Below, one piece after another: positions 34,948 to 46,799 of a stretch of DNA of 64,000 nt (position 1 is its first letter; each line of letters starts with the position of its first letter). This DNA is from Podarcis gaigeae (lineage: Eukaryota): the NCBI GenBank assembly GCA_964106915.2, contig OZ066915.1; one strand, given 5' to 3'. Both the position numbers and the translations under genes were made by a program. The notes below the pieces were generated by a model. That model was not told where the DNA came from, did not search any database, and saw only the letters and a list, made by a program, of their open reading frames with translations.

Positions 34948-37900
34948 TACTTCACCAATAGCTTGAGCTCAGGAAAAAAGGCTCTATCATTAAAGTCTGT
35001 TCAAATTTGTTTTTTCCTTCAGATAGGTCGTTGTGTGTTTGTGCATTGGGAACAAATGGTTAACATGATTCTGAATCTGCTTATATTTCAGTGCTGTTAA
35101 CTGAAATATGTAGAATATAGAAATAAGTATTTTAAAATATTTTATATTTACAATATTTTAGAAAACTGTTGATCTCTATTGTAGTTCAAATAACATTTGA
35201 TCAGGGGAGATAATTTATATTGTGAACTGCTCTGAGACCCCTGGTATAGGGTAGTATATAAATTCAATAACAATAATAATTGTACTCTTGTAGGAAATAA
35301 AGGAATTATGAACACTGTTATTGGCAGATGAATACATTTTTATTGCTCTTCAGACAAATTGTCCAGTATTTCCCTTTTTATTCTGTTCAGAAAGCAGAGA
35401 ATAGAATATTTTTTAGAAAGACTTATCAGGGTGTTAAGTATACACATATTGCTAGAACAATAATTTAATTAATTTTTAATTCAGTGTAATTGTCTGGCAT
35501 CAATTAAACTGATCAACAGGATGTAGTATCTTGGCAGATAGTATTGCATTATTTTCCAGTTGTTTCCTCTCCTTTGAATTTTCATCTTAGAACAGGTTTT
35601 TCTCGCCTTGACATACTTTGGTGGAGCTGCTATCTGACTCACTTGCCAAACTGTTGTAAACTGCTCTTTGGAGAGAGCTGTACATGATTTTGCCCATTTC
35701 TTTGTAAAAAAATGTTAAAGTGCAATATTACTTCATTGCGCTAAAGTGATATTCTAGTAGAAAAATGATTTTGTATAACATGTCCCTTTAGATCAATGGT
35801 TGCATTTCAAATTAGTGCAGGCTGCTCACAAAAAACTTATATCAGTACAAATCTCCAATATTTCACTGACTCACTGTAGTTTTGTATAACCACAAAAAAT
35901 GAAGGCTCTTTACAACGCAGAGTTAGAAAAATGGATGAAGTTGCCTCCGTCTTAAATATTGACAGACTTTGCTTCTTTTTTAGAGGACTCTGATGATAGG
36001 ACTTTCCCCCTACTACTTACACACAGGCTATACTTTAAAATAGTTTTTATCTTCTTAGGGCAGGTTTACTTAGGATAGGCAGAGGTTTTCATTTTCTCTT
36101 CTAATATGTATACAATACAGCATTTTTCTACAGTATTTTGTGTGCTAAAGCTCTTTAGCAGTATGTAGATTGTATCCAATTCTGCTGTTCTGCTCACCCA
36201 GCAGACCTGCACAGTGGAACTTTCCTCCTCTCCTTCCAGCCCCCCATGCCCCCTCAAAATCTGCCCCAGAAGGTTGGAGCACCCTCCAGATCAGATTCTG
36301 GGAGTGCACAGTGAGAAGAGGGGGAAGTCTCATTGTGCAAGTGCAAATCCCCTTGCGCAGTGTTGAATGCAACTCGGACTGTATAGACATAACATCTTCC
36401 AGAGGAGTAGCCATGTTAGCTTGCTGCAGAGAAAACAACAGTCCTGCTACGAACTGAATTTGTGACCATTTAGCCTCACTGTTTTTTTTCCTTAGTGTTT
36501 GTGTGTGTAGTGGGCAGTAGTCCACAAAAGCTTATAGCAGAAACAATCTGTTAATATATTAGATGTCACAACTCTTGTTCGTTTGCCAAGGTAAGATTGT
36601 AGTAGGTAAGATTCCATTACCTTAAAAATTGGTAGAAAATCTGTTTTTGCAACTGATTCATGGGAGAAGAGATTACTTATTAATATTGTAGATTGAGGAT
36701 AGTACCAGAGAACAAATAACACATTGTGGACTTGAAGGGCTAAACAACTTGCTGTTTCCTTTAGTTACATCTAGAGGGCACTACAAAATAAGAAATTGCA
36801 TCATAGCTCATGAACAGAGCATGGATCGTCAAATGCAATTGCTGTAGGAAGAAAATCTTCACTAGTAAATTTATCTTGTGCTATGGGAACATAGACCAGT
36901 TAGCTTGTAGTCAGATAAGACTAAGGAAATGAAAATACATAGCAAAAGTTGATTTTACAAATTGTGTGGAGTAGGTCAGCAATGTGGTCTGCCTCCGAAA
37001 ATCTAATAGTAACTGAAAGTAATGCATGTTTACGTGTTCTTATATGTGTTTCACTGAAAATACTGTTGCATGGGTTTGGAAAATTACAAGGTAGTAATAT
37101 TTTATTGATGGGCAGGAGGGTCATCAAAATGGAAATAATATGATAATTGAAAATAAAGTTCAGTATCTTCTTAGTTCTTATTTATTATGGTTGTATTCTG
37201 CCCTTGAACCCAAAGGTTCTCTAAAACTGAAGGTAGTTGACTTTAAATGGGGATAAATATTGATCCAATGGAGGAATAAAACAATAACCAAAGGAAAAGG
37301 GGTAGAGGAGGACTGACATAGCATATAGGTGAATATTGGATAAGAATTTAATCAGTTAAACAACACTACTTGAAACGCTTGCCAAATTCCACTGAATTTC
37401 TCTGCATTCCCTGTTGTGCCACATAACTAGGCCTCTTATAGAGAATTTTAGAATATCCTTAAAGCAATTCTTAAGTATAGGTGTACATTGTGTTTTCCAG
37501 AACTGTACCACATCTTGTTTTGCTACTAATTATTGCTTGTATTCCACTAAATAGTAGGTTGTTTTTTTAAAAAAAGTACCCACATTATAGGAACATGTTC
37601 CTGAATTAAGAAGTTTGAATGATAATTCTAGTTTTGGAAGCAAAGCTAAATTGGTTTTGCTACTTTTTCTAAATAGATTTAATGGTGTATCAATTCCAAA
37701 ACATGCAGACAAGACTTGCTGGTGAAGTTCTACGGATTATTGGTTACATGCTGGAGATGCTAAAATGTCCACAAGGTTGTAAAATGGGGGGTCAAGACCT
37801 AGGGAGTATGAAATTCAGTTTCCTGCTGAATAAGCCAATTTCATTGGTCAATTGATGAGATTTGTGTTGAGTGCAAGCTTCCATTGCTGTTATATAATAT

Positions 37901-39086
37901 TTTGCACTAAATACAATCCTCTCAGGTTTGGGGCTACCTGAAATAAACTGGTATAAAATTACACCTTACCTCAGGAGGAAGGGTTGAAGTCTAGTGCTTT
38001 CAGGAGTTCTGAGGTGAAAACCCAGTCTTTTGAGGTAGACAGAGCTGTAATTGCTTCTGTTAAGGTTTTTATATTTTTTGGAACACTAGTCTGCTGCAAA
38101 TTTGTAATACTCCCCCCCCCCCAATTATTATAATAAAATTTTGAAGAGGAATATTATCTACTCTGAATCATTTCTCTTCCTTTTTAAAGTTGGAAGTTAA
38201 AGTGTGGATTTGTAAATGCTTGCTTATTAGTCATAAAAACATTGGTTGAGTGGTGAATTTTCTGAGGAGCATAATGCAGCTTGCTACTAGACTGTGGTGA
38301 GTAGCAATAGTAGCAATTATCCTCAGTCAAACTGTATGTGTGTGTCAAACTGTATCACCTGTAGTTTGTTTGCTCCGTGGTGAGCTTTGTGCTGCCATGA
38401 CCTGCTGTGCTGGTGAAGTGCTATTACAACTGTATATTCTACTGTAAAAGCCTGAGTAATTGTTTGAGTAGAAGGGCAAAGAGAGCCGTGAATTGTTGGA
38501 CAGCTCTTGCATGGCTGCCTTGTGTTGCAATGCAGGCCAGCCCTGTGGGAGTTGCATGTACAGTGCTCTTTTGCAGCATTAGCCCTTTAGCGTTAACAAG
38601 TACATTGTTTGTAAATTCTAAAAACATTTATGTATATTTATTTTATTTTATTATATGGGGCTTCCAGTGCTCTCCCATCCAAGGGATTGATCAGTTCTAA
38701 AGCTGCTTCAGCATTTCTGTAACCTCAGATGCTTTCAGACTTTTCACTGAGTTCCCAGGTTACGCTTCATTATGGTGTTGGAGGCTGAGCCCAGGCAAAC
38801 AAAGCATTGTCGGGGGGATGTGGGGGAAAGATATCCAAGGTTGCCTTAGGTGTTACCTTGAAAGATGCAAGTCTTGTCGCATTTTTGTAACTCCAAAGCA
38901 AATAGGTTTTTTAATCACATAGTTTTAAGTAGTTCAAGAAAAGGGGATTTTATTCCCCTGCAGTTTTTCAACTGCAGTGAAAACGATGATGCTTGGTAGC
39001 TAAAAGAATGATTGCTAGACTAAAAAACCAAAATGGCACTTGGTGTGAGGCATAAAACTAATTTAGAACTGTCTCTCTTTCAGCAG

Positions 39087-40481
39087 CTTCATGAAACAGT
39101 CAAAAGGAAACTTGATAGTTCCGTTTCACCGCAGAATGGCGACCAGCAGAATGGCTATGGGGACATGTTTTCTGTCCCCAAGAAATTGCGTCATGATGAT
39201 GGTCTTGTTGGATTGAGTGGCTCCTCTAATGGAATCCCTCCTGCATCACCTCTGCACCAGCTTGACAGCAAATCTTCTGGAGGAGACACCTTACAGCTTA
39301 ATGGAAAACATTCCATGGGTCTAGATGGCATCAACAAAAAGTGTCTGCCAGACTCTAACTCTAAGCTGAATGGAAACAGTGATGCTGATGACCCCTTTGC
39401 TATGGTTATTAACAAGGAGCTTAAACAAGAACCAGATGACCTTCCTTGTATGATTACGGGACCAGGAAGTTCAATATCTCAGAATAATTTGATGTCTGAT
39501 CTTAACCTTAATGAGCAAGAGTGGAAGGAGCTCATTGATGAACTTAACAGATCCGTGCCTGATGAGGATATGAAAGATCTATTTACAGAAGACTTTGAGG
39601 AAAAGAAGGATGTTGATGCTTCAAATTCAGCTGCACAAACTCCATTACCACAGGACATCATTATCAAGACAGAATTTTCCCCAGCAGACTTTGAACAAGA
39701 GCAGATGGGATCCCCACAAGTCAGATCTACTTCTGCTGGCACAACGTTCATTGGTACCTCTTCTGTTAGTGCTGCTTCTCCATCAGTTAGTAATTCTCAA
39801 ACTATGATTCAGCCTTCTAGTCAGTCAGTAACTGAAAATTCCAACCAGTCCATGATGCAGCCATCAAGCCAGTCTCAGAATATTCAGAGGCCTCTTCCTA
39901 GTTCATTGTTATCTGGTCAAAGTACAGGGGGTGCCAAAGAGATGTCATCTGCTAAACAGCTTCAACAGATAGCTGCTAAGCAGAAGAGAGATCAGCTGTT
40001 GCAGAACCAACAGCAAGTCCATCAACCCAACCAGATTCCTAGCTGGCAGCAGTCTGGACCTTCACACAGTCCATTAGCTGTTTCATACACTATGGAAAAT
40101 CCCACTAGCCCTTCAGTTTACCAACAGGACTTCAATAACCAGAAACTCATGATGTCTAGTATGCCAAACAAGAGTTCTCCGAGGGCTGGAGTTAATTATC
40201 ATGGTGGAAATATGTTAAGCCATCAGCCAAACAGCTTAAACCAGAACTCTGTATCTAGTCAAAACTCTGTGCTAGACTATGGGAATACGAAACCTCTTTC
40301 ACATTACAAAGAATGCGGTCAAGGAGTTACAGTATCTGGACAGAACAAGTCTCCAATGTTGGCATACATGCAGCAGCGTCAGCAACCCACTCTGCCTCAT
40401 ATGAGCGATGAGCAGAATGGGATGTTTGTAATGAAGAAGTCTGGAAATACTGCTTATAGACCTCTAGGGCTACACAGCCAG
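39087..40481 (+). CDS. MAML1: Mastermind-like 1 exon 2
   Basis: cagcag|LHETVKRKLDSSVSPQNGDQQNGYGD...KELKQEP...LNLNEQEWKELIDELNRSVPDEDMKDLF...HSQ|gtaagt. The start could instead be 39084. Confidence 0.95.
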
Positions 40482-41992
40482 GTAAGTGCTTGAAGTAGAA
40501 GGTTTGTTAATAGTAGATGAGGAGGGCTGAATAAGTAGAGCAGCCATGCAAAGTAGTTCCATTGTAAGGTGCATATTTTAGAGCTTAATGTAAAATAGTA
40601 CAATGGACATGACAAATACCAACAGTCTTAATTGAGAAAGAAACATACTGTTTCTCATATTCTCTGAAAAGACAAATGCCATGATAATGTACTATTTCTG
40701 TTCCAAAATAGTCACTGGAATGATCTTTATAAAGACGGAGGTTCAGTTCTTCAAGATCTGATAAATAGGATCTAATTAAATTTTAGGAGATCTTTTCATT
40801 GCTTTGATTATTTTGTTTGAATAGGTGTGACTAGGATTTAAGTTTCTTATGAGATATTACTAGTTACTAAGAAGACTGGAGAAGGGACCCTCATAAGAAT
40901 ATTAGGGGAGTGGGTAGGGGAAGTGTGGTTTTGTTTTATGCAGTCTTAAGATGAGGACTAGACCATGTGAAAAATGAACATAATATTTTAGCTGCAGTTA
41001 ATTCATTTTCAGCTTTGTATTCTTGTTATAAAAAAGCATGCCTAGACACTCCATTGTGGCGGTGCCCATAACCTAGGTTTAAGATGCCATTTAGCTCTTA
41101 GTGTTCATATTTCAGTTTCTAACACTGCATATAGGGCTTTATTAGTCTTCATTTCCTTGAAATCATCCAAGGGTAAGGATTGAACCTCACATAGCGTATT
41201 TATGGGAACCTAGAGCCAGAAAAAACAGGTCTCTTAATGAAGATGGATAACTGTTTTGACCAATGAGAAGATACATTCCATCTCTGGTGTAAGTTGTCTA
41301 AAAAGCCAACCAGAAATTTACTTAAAGAATGCTTCCACCTCCTTAATGAATAATATGACTGTTATTACAGTGTAATGTAAGTTATATTACAAAAGTGGCT
41401 TACTTCAGGGGTACCAGATCACATATATTATAGTGGGTACTGTTAAACTGCATCAGAATGTTGGGGTTTTCCCCCAGTGAGAGCGCAACCCATAAAGGAA
41501 ATCCGTTTCTTTTCCTTATTATTGGAAAGTATGTGTGCTGTGTTTCTGTTCAGTGCTGTATTTAATTAATCCTCTTGGTTATAAATGCCCTTTGGGCTTC
41601 TTCTCACAATGAGGTTCCTTGAATCCTATCACTGGATGGTTGCTGCCCCATGCGGCCATTTCATGGATCTTGGCTTACCACTCACTAGACATTAACAGAC
41701 TCAGACTTCATTGTGTGGTTTTGTTTCAATATCACTGTTAGTATGCATGATTGCTGCATCTTCAGAAGTGGCTTTTAATTTGATGAAGATTTTTATTAGA
41801 CAGGCTTGCTGTACTTTCATTTATCTTCTTTGCTACATTGTAATAGTTGCTGAAAGCAGTACAGTAGTCACTTTTAAAGACTTTTTGAAAGGGTATCTTT
41901 GTGCTGCCTTCTGCTGCTTCAGTCCTTCTCTAGCCATTGGGCTTGAAAAAGCCTAATTGCTAGGAGAGGAAAGAATGGGAGGGGGGAGAGAC

Positions 41993-42028
41993 TGTGTGTA
42001 TGTGTGTACGCGCGCACACACACACACG
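41993..42028. repeat. Alternating purine-pyrimidine microsatellite (TG)n-(CG)n-(CA)n
   Basis: tgtgtgtatgtgtgtacgcgcgcacacacacacacg. Confidence 0.9.
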
Positions 42029-42414
42029 AGTTGTGTGAGATATGTGTTGTATGTGTGTTTGTGGAGTGTGTTTGTAAGTCTGTGGTGTTTGTTTGTGCAG
42101 TGAAAGCCACACCTATTTTTCTTTGGTAAGTGGCCCCCACAGGTGATGAAGAGGGACTGTGACCTGTACTTCCTCACCCACTTTATAATGTATGGAAATA
42201 TGTCTCTGTTTCTCCAGTCTGGTTTGTGCTTTTGCACAAAGGTGGCATCATAATAAGAGAGTGAGTTTCAATCAGAACTAAAAGTAAAATTCAATCAAAA
42301 CTAAAATTACGTTGAGCATCACGTTCTCCATCAGAAGCAGAATCATAGATTTAATCCTGTGTTCCCAAACTGAATTACAGGCTTCCCATCCAATTTATGT
42401 GTTTGCTTTTGTAG

Positions 42415-42681
42415 GATCAAAATCCTTCTGCTGGTGTTCCTCGCATTCCTGTTTCTGTTCCCGGCTCTGGTGTGAATGCACAGTCACCCAATGTTTCCAT
42501 GGCAGGTAACCATGGCAATCCAGCCTATCTCAACAGCCAGCAGCAAGCAGCTGTAATGAAGCAGCAGCACCAAATGCTACTAGATCAGCAGAAACAGAGG
42601 GAACAGCAACAAAAACAACAACTGTTAATGGAACAACAGAAACAGTTTATAATGGGGCAGAGGCAACTAATTGCTGAACAG
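42415..42681 (+). CDS. MAML1: Mastermind-like 1 exon 3 (Q-rich)
   Basis: gtag|DQNPSAGVPRIP...YLNSQQQAAVMKQQHQMLLDQQKQREQQQKQ...LIAEQ|gtaggg. Confidence 0.95.
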
Positions 42682-43577
42682 GTAGGGGACATCAGAATAA
42701 GTGTAACTTTTCCTTTTTGTATTCGTCTTACTATTTTGATGGACTTGAACTCCTTCCTGTTACCTGAATACTGTATATTAAATAAGGTTTTGCTGAAGCC
42801 AAGGTGCATGTTATGCTACTTGTATAAGAGCAGCTCAGACTCTTCCTGCTCCACAAGCAAACAGACAAAAATGGAGGGGATTACAGTCACATATTACAGA
42901 GAAAAAGTCACATACCACCTTTCTCCTCTCACTGATATCTTCATTAGCTCCTGACAAAGAGGTAAATATGAATTCTTATGCAACCAAAATGGTAACCCGT
43001 CTCCCGCACACACAGCAGACTTGAATAGATCCCCAAGGTTTGCAAAAATAAATAAAAAATCATTAGAAAAAAGGATTGTAATAACACCTCAAACTGGTTT
43101 ACAAAAAGAATAAAACAATAAATACTAGTAAGATCAGTTAAAAACAAGTATCCAAAACATTCAAAAATAAAATAAATAAACTAAAATGAAATTAAAACAC
43201 TCAGCAGCTTCTACATGTCTGGATAAGCCTGCCTAAACAAAAAAGTATTTAGTAGCTCTACAAAGCACTTGGCAAGACATCAGCTGATTGTCAGGACTTG
43301 ATAAGCCTCTTGCAAAGTGCTTTGCAAAATCCATAAGGTCTGAAATCAAACTTTGAAATTTACGGCAGTTTGATTTCAGACCTTATGGACAAAAAAATGT
43401 TCTCCTGATGACATTGTGACATCAGATAATGGGCCAGAGGGCAGTGCTGCCCACTTGTTAAATTGTTCCTGTGAGAGGTGGGGGAGATCTGGCCAGATTC
43501 TGTTCTCTAGCCCCCACAGTGCAGTGTAAAAATGGTTCTGGTATACTGTACTACCATATTAATTTAAAATTAAGGTA

Positions 43578-43716
43578 TAGTGGAACCTTGTGACATGATT
43601 TGGCGCTTCTGCAAGCGCCAAAACTCAGAAGTAACCATTCTGGTACTTCTGGATTTCGGCACATCCATAACCTGAAAAAGCGTAACCCGAAGCATCTGTA
43701 ACCCAAGGTACCACTG
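43578..43716. mobile_element. Tc1/mariner MITE, internally deleted
   Basis: tagtggaaccttg...caaggtaccactg|TA; the interior is similar to the reverse complement of 4500-4550. Confidence 0.7.
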
Positions 43717-44334
43717 TACAGCAATGTATTGCTGGAATCCCAAAGGAATGTTTTCATTGTACTTGAACATGATGAATGAACCTCCTCAGGATTAAAATGT
43801 CACATTATTCTTCCCCATGAACAAATTTATTTGAGAGGAGGCATTGCAATGTGGATGTTGAGTCCCTCAAAATACCGCATTTCCTTTACTTTTGAAGCAT
43901 GTTTACTAGAGAGGAACTACAGCACAAAAATCTGTGAAGAACTCCAGTGAAAGGCAAAATCTGTTATTCTACATTCCCTTCTGTTTTAGATAAAAAGGCT
44001 TAACTGTTCTCAAATTCTTCTAGGCAGTTTGCCTAGTGGAAAATCAGTTTATTATTGAGTGGAGCTCATTGTTTTATAGATATGACTCCCTTTCTAGCAC
44101 CCTCTGTGATATATTCTGCTATGTTTTATTTTAGTGTATACATCAGCCTTGATTTTCTTACATACTAAGCAGTAGCATTTCTTTCTTTAATTGGTTTTAT
44201 GATGTTATTAACGTGATTGTAGACTGCTTGAGACAGCAATCAACCTACATACACATTGCTGTTTACATTAAGGCATTGTTTATGACAAACTTTAGGCTGT
44301 GTGTTCTTACAGTCTTGCATCTGCCCTGTTTTAG

Positions 44335-44446
44335 GAAAAGCAAAGGCATCATCAGGAACAACAACAACAGCTCCAGAGGCATCTAACACGACCGCCCCCT
44401 CAATACCAAGACCAGACACAGAATCCATATCAACAACAGTTCACAG
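44335..44446 (+). CDS. MAML1: Mastermind-like 1 exon 4
   Basis: ttag|EKQRHHQEQQQQLQRHLTRPPPQYQDQTQNPYQQQFT|gtaaat; contains the conserved RHLTRPPPQYQD motif. Confidence 0.95.
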
Positions 44447-45819
44447 GTAAATAGGACTGTGGGAATGATTTGTGAAAGACTAGCTGGAAAGCAGGAGAGG
44501 TGTATGCAGAAGCAAAGTGTCTTCAGCTTCTATGGATTTGGTCATTAGTTAACTTTAAAATGTTCTTTTACTTCCATAATGAATAATCTTATGCTCTGGA
44601 TTTAAGTGCTTGGCCTTTTTAAAAAAAAACAAACAAACTATTGCATCCATACAAGTTACAGAGGAATTACAGAGGAAGTGTGCAAATGATGGATTTAATT
44701 TTTTCTCAGTACTGGTAGCACTGCTAAAGAGAAACGTAAGCTGATAATCTTTCTTACTTGCTATCTATCAATTAAATCAAGTATGTTAATTTTGGGAGGG
44801 CTCAGTACTAGGATAGTGGCAGATGAGACAAACTGGATTGGCATATTTTTGCATGTGGTGATGGTAATTTTCATGTTGGTGCATATTCACTGTGAATTTC
44901 CAACACAGATTGGCTAGCTTTTCAATATGTGCAAGTGACAGCTGTGAATGAGGACAGAGGTTTCCACATCAGTGGTTCATTTGAATTCACCCCCTGTATT
45001 GCAGAACTCATGCATTGTTGTTTTCTTTTTCCTTGCCCTTGTTAGGCAGTTAACAAGACTTGTATAGTGCTCCTGTTCTGCCCTACAACCTCTTCCTCGC
45101 TATAGACTTTATAGCAGCACTAATGAAGTAGACACATATATAATGGTACAGGTTGTCCTGGTCTCAGAGCTTCTTCATTCTCTGATACAGCCAAAGTTGT
45201 GCTCCCAGTGTTCTAGTAATTTTGCCTAATTACTGTTATTGCAGCAGCTGAGAAAATAGCTGCTGTTGTGATTTTATCTATGTATCATCCAGTTTACAAT
45301 TACACTGTCTTGTTTGGGCACATGCACGGTCAGGCGTGGCTTGGCTCATGTGTGAAGGAATGTGACGGTGTCAAGCATTTAATGTTTGCATTAAATTTAA
45401 GTAGCCAGCTCAGATAGTTTTATTTGGAACAGTACATAGGTGGCAGTCGTGATTCTCCCCTTGCACCATAATATTCTGTTTAACTAACAGTCCTTATTTC
45501 TGTTCTTAGCTGCTAGCTTTGTGATGTGTGAAAGGTGCCACCACCCAATTTTAGTGATTGCCCTCATCCCCCTTCAAATACCACCCTATTCAAGAGGATC
45601 CCCTAACTCCTAAGAGAGGTTTTTCATGGGGCTGCTGGGGGGAGGTAGCAGTGGCAGGAAAGTCACCTTCTGCTGGCACTTCTCAAGGTTCAAGACAATG
45701 AGTCCTAAATACAGCTACAAAATGTTGCATGCTGCAGGATATGTGTAATGTTGCACCTAAACTGAGGATATGTTCTGCTTAGTTTTTATAAATGTTGAAA
45801 CTCTCGTTTTGTGTTATAG

Positions 45820-46799
45820 GCTCATCTCCAGCGATGGCAGGGGTAAATAATTTAGGCCAGTCTAACTCCAGTAGTCCACGCATGTTTTCTCAGACTCAGA
45901 ATATGATCCAGATTGGCACAGGACACAGTTCTGTCTCCTCAAGCAGCAATCAGCAAGATCGAGGAGTAACTCAGTATCCTAGTTTGCAGAGCATTCAGCG
46001 AGGTACCTTGTACAACATGGCATCTGGTATGACACAGATGGTTCAACAGCATGCAAATCCAAGTGCCAATGGACAGCCACAAATGCAAAGACAACCCAGT
46101 TTGGCACAGGGCACTGCTCTTCCTGCTGGATATGGACAGAGCACCCTAGGAACTGCCAGCATTTCTCAGCAGCACAGTAAAGGAGCACTGAATCCCAACC
46201 TATCCAAGCCACAAATGGCAAGGATGCCAACATCTATTGGGGTCCAAAATCAATCATGGCAGCATCAAGGTATGTCAAATATGAACAACCAGGCACAAGG
46301 GAACGGTGGTTTAGGGACATTTACTGCCAACTCCACTTTCCATATGCAGCAGACGCACCTAAAGTTGACCAATCAACAGTTTGCGCAAGGAATGCCTCAG
46401 GTAAGCCTCAACACCAGCAGGCCAATGACGTCCATGAACTCTGCTGTCTCTGGACAGATGTTGTCATCTATAAGTGCCCAGCAGAGGACAAACCCTCCTA
46501 CCCAGCAGGCAGTCCCATCACAGCAGGTCTTGCCAGGCATGAATCAAGGTGTCCCAGATATGACTTCTTTCAGCCAGAATCAAAATCAGCAACTGCCTAA
46601 CAGAGCCAATCTGCATTGTAGTCAAGGTTATCCAGTGAGGACACCCAGTCAGGAACTGCCCTTTGCCTACAGCAACCCATCTGGTAGTAATGGACTGCCG
46701 AACTTAAGTGGGGATACAGATCTTATAGACACTTTGTTGAAAAACAGGACTTCAGAAGAATGGATGAATGACTTGGATGAGTTGTTAGGGAATCATTAA
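45820..46799 (+). CDS. MAML1: Mastermind-like 1 exon 5 (C-terminal acidic activation domain)
   Basis: atag|SSPAMAG...DTDLIDTLLKNRTSEEWMNDLDELLGNH*. The summed CDS is 3180 nt = 1059 aa plus stop. Confidence 0.96.

Noticed and set aside
39033-39086. N-terminal part of the 486-aa ORF (MALGVRHK...)
   Set aside because: Intronic read-back upstream of the clear pyrimidine tract and acceptor. The same applies to the 45792 ORF start.
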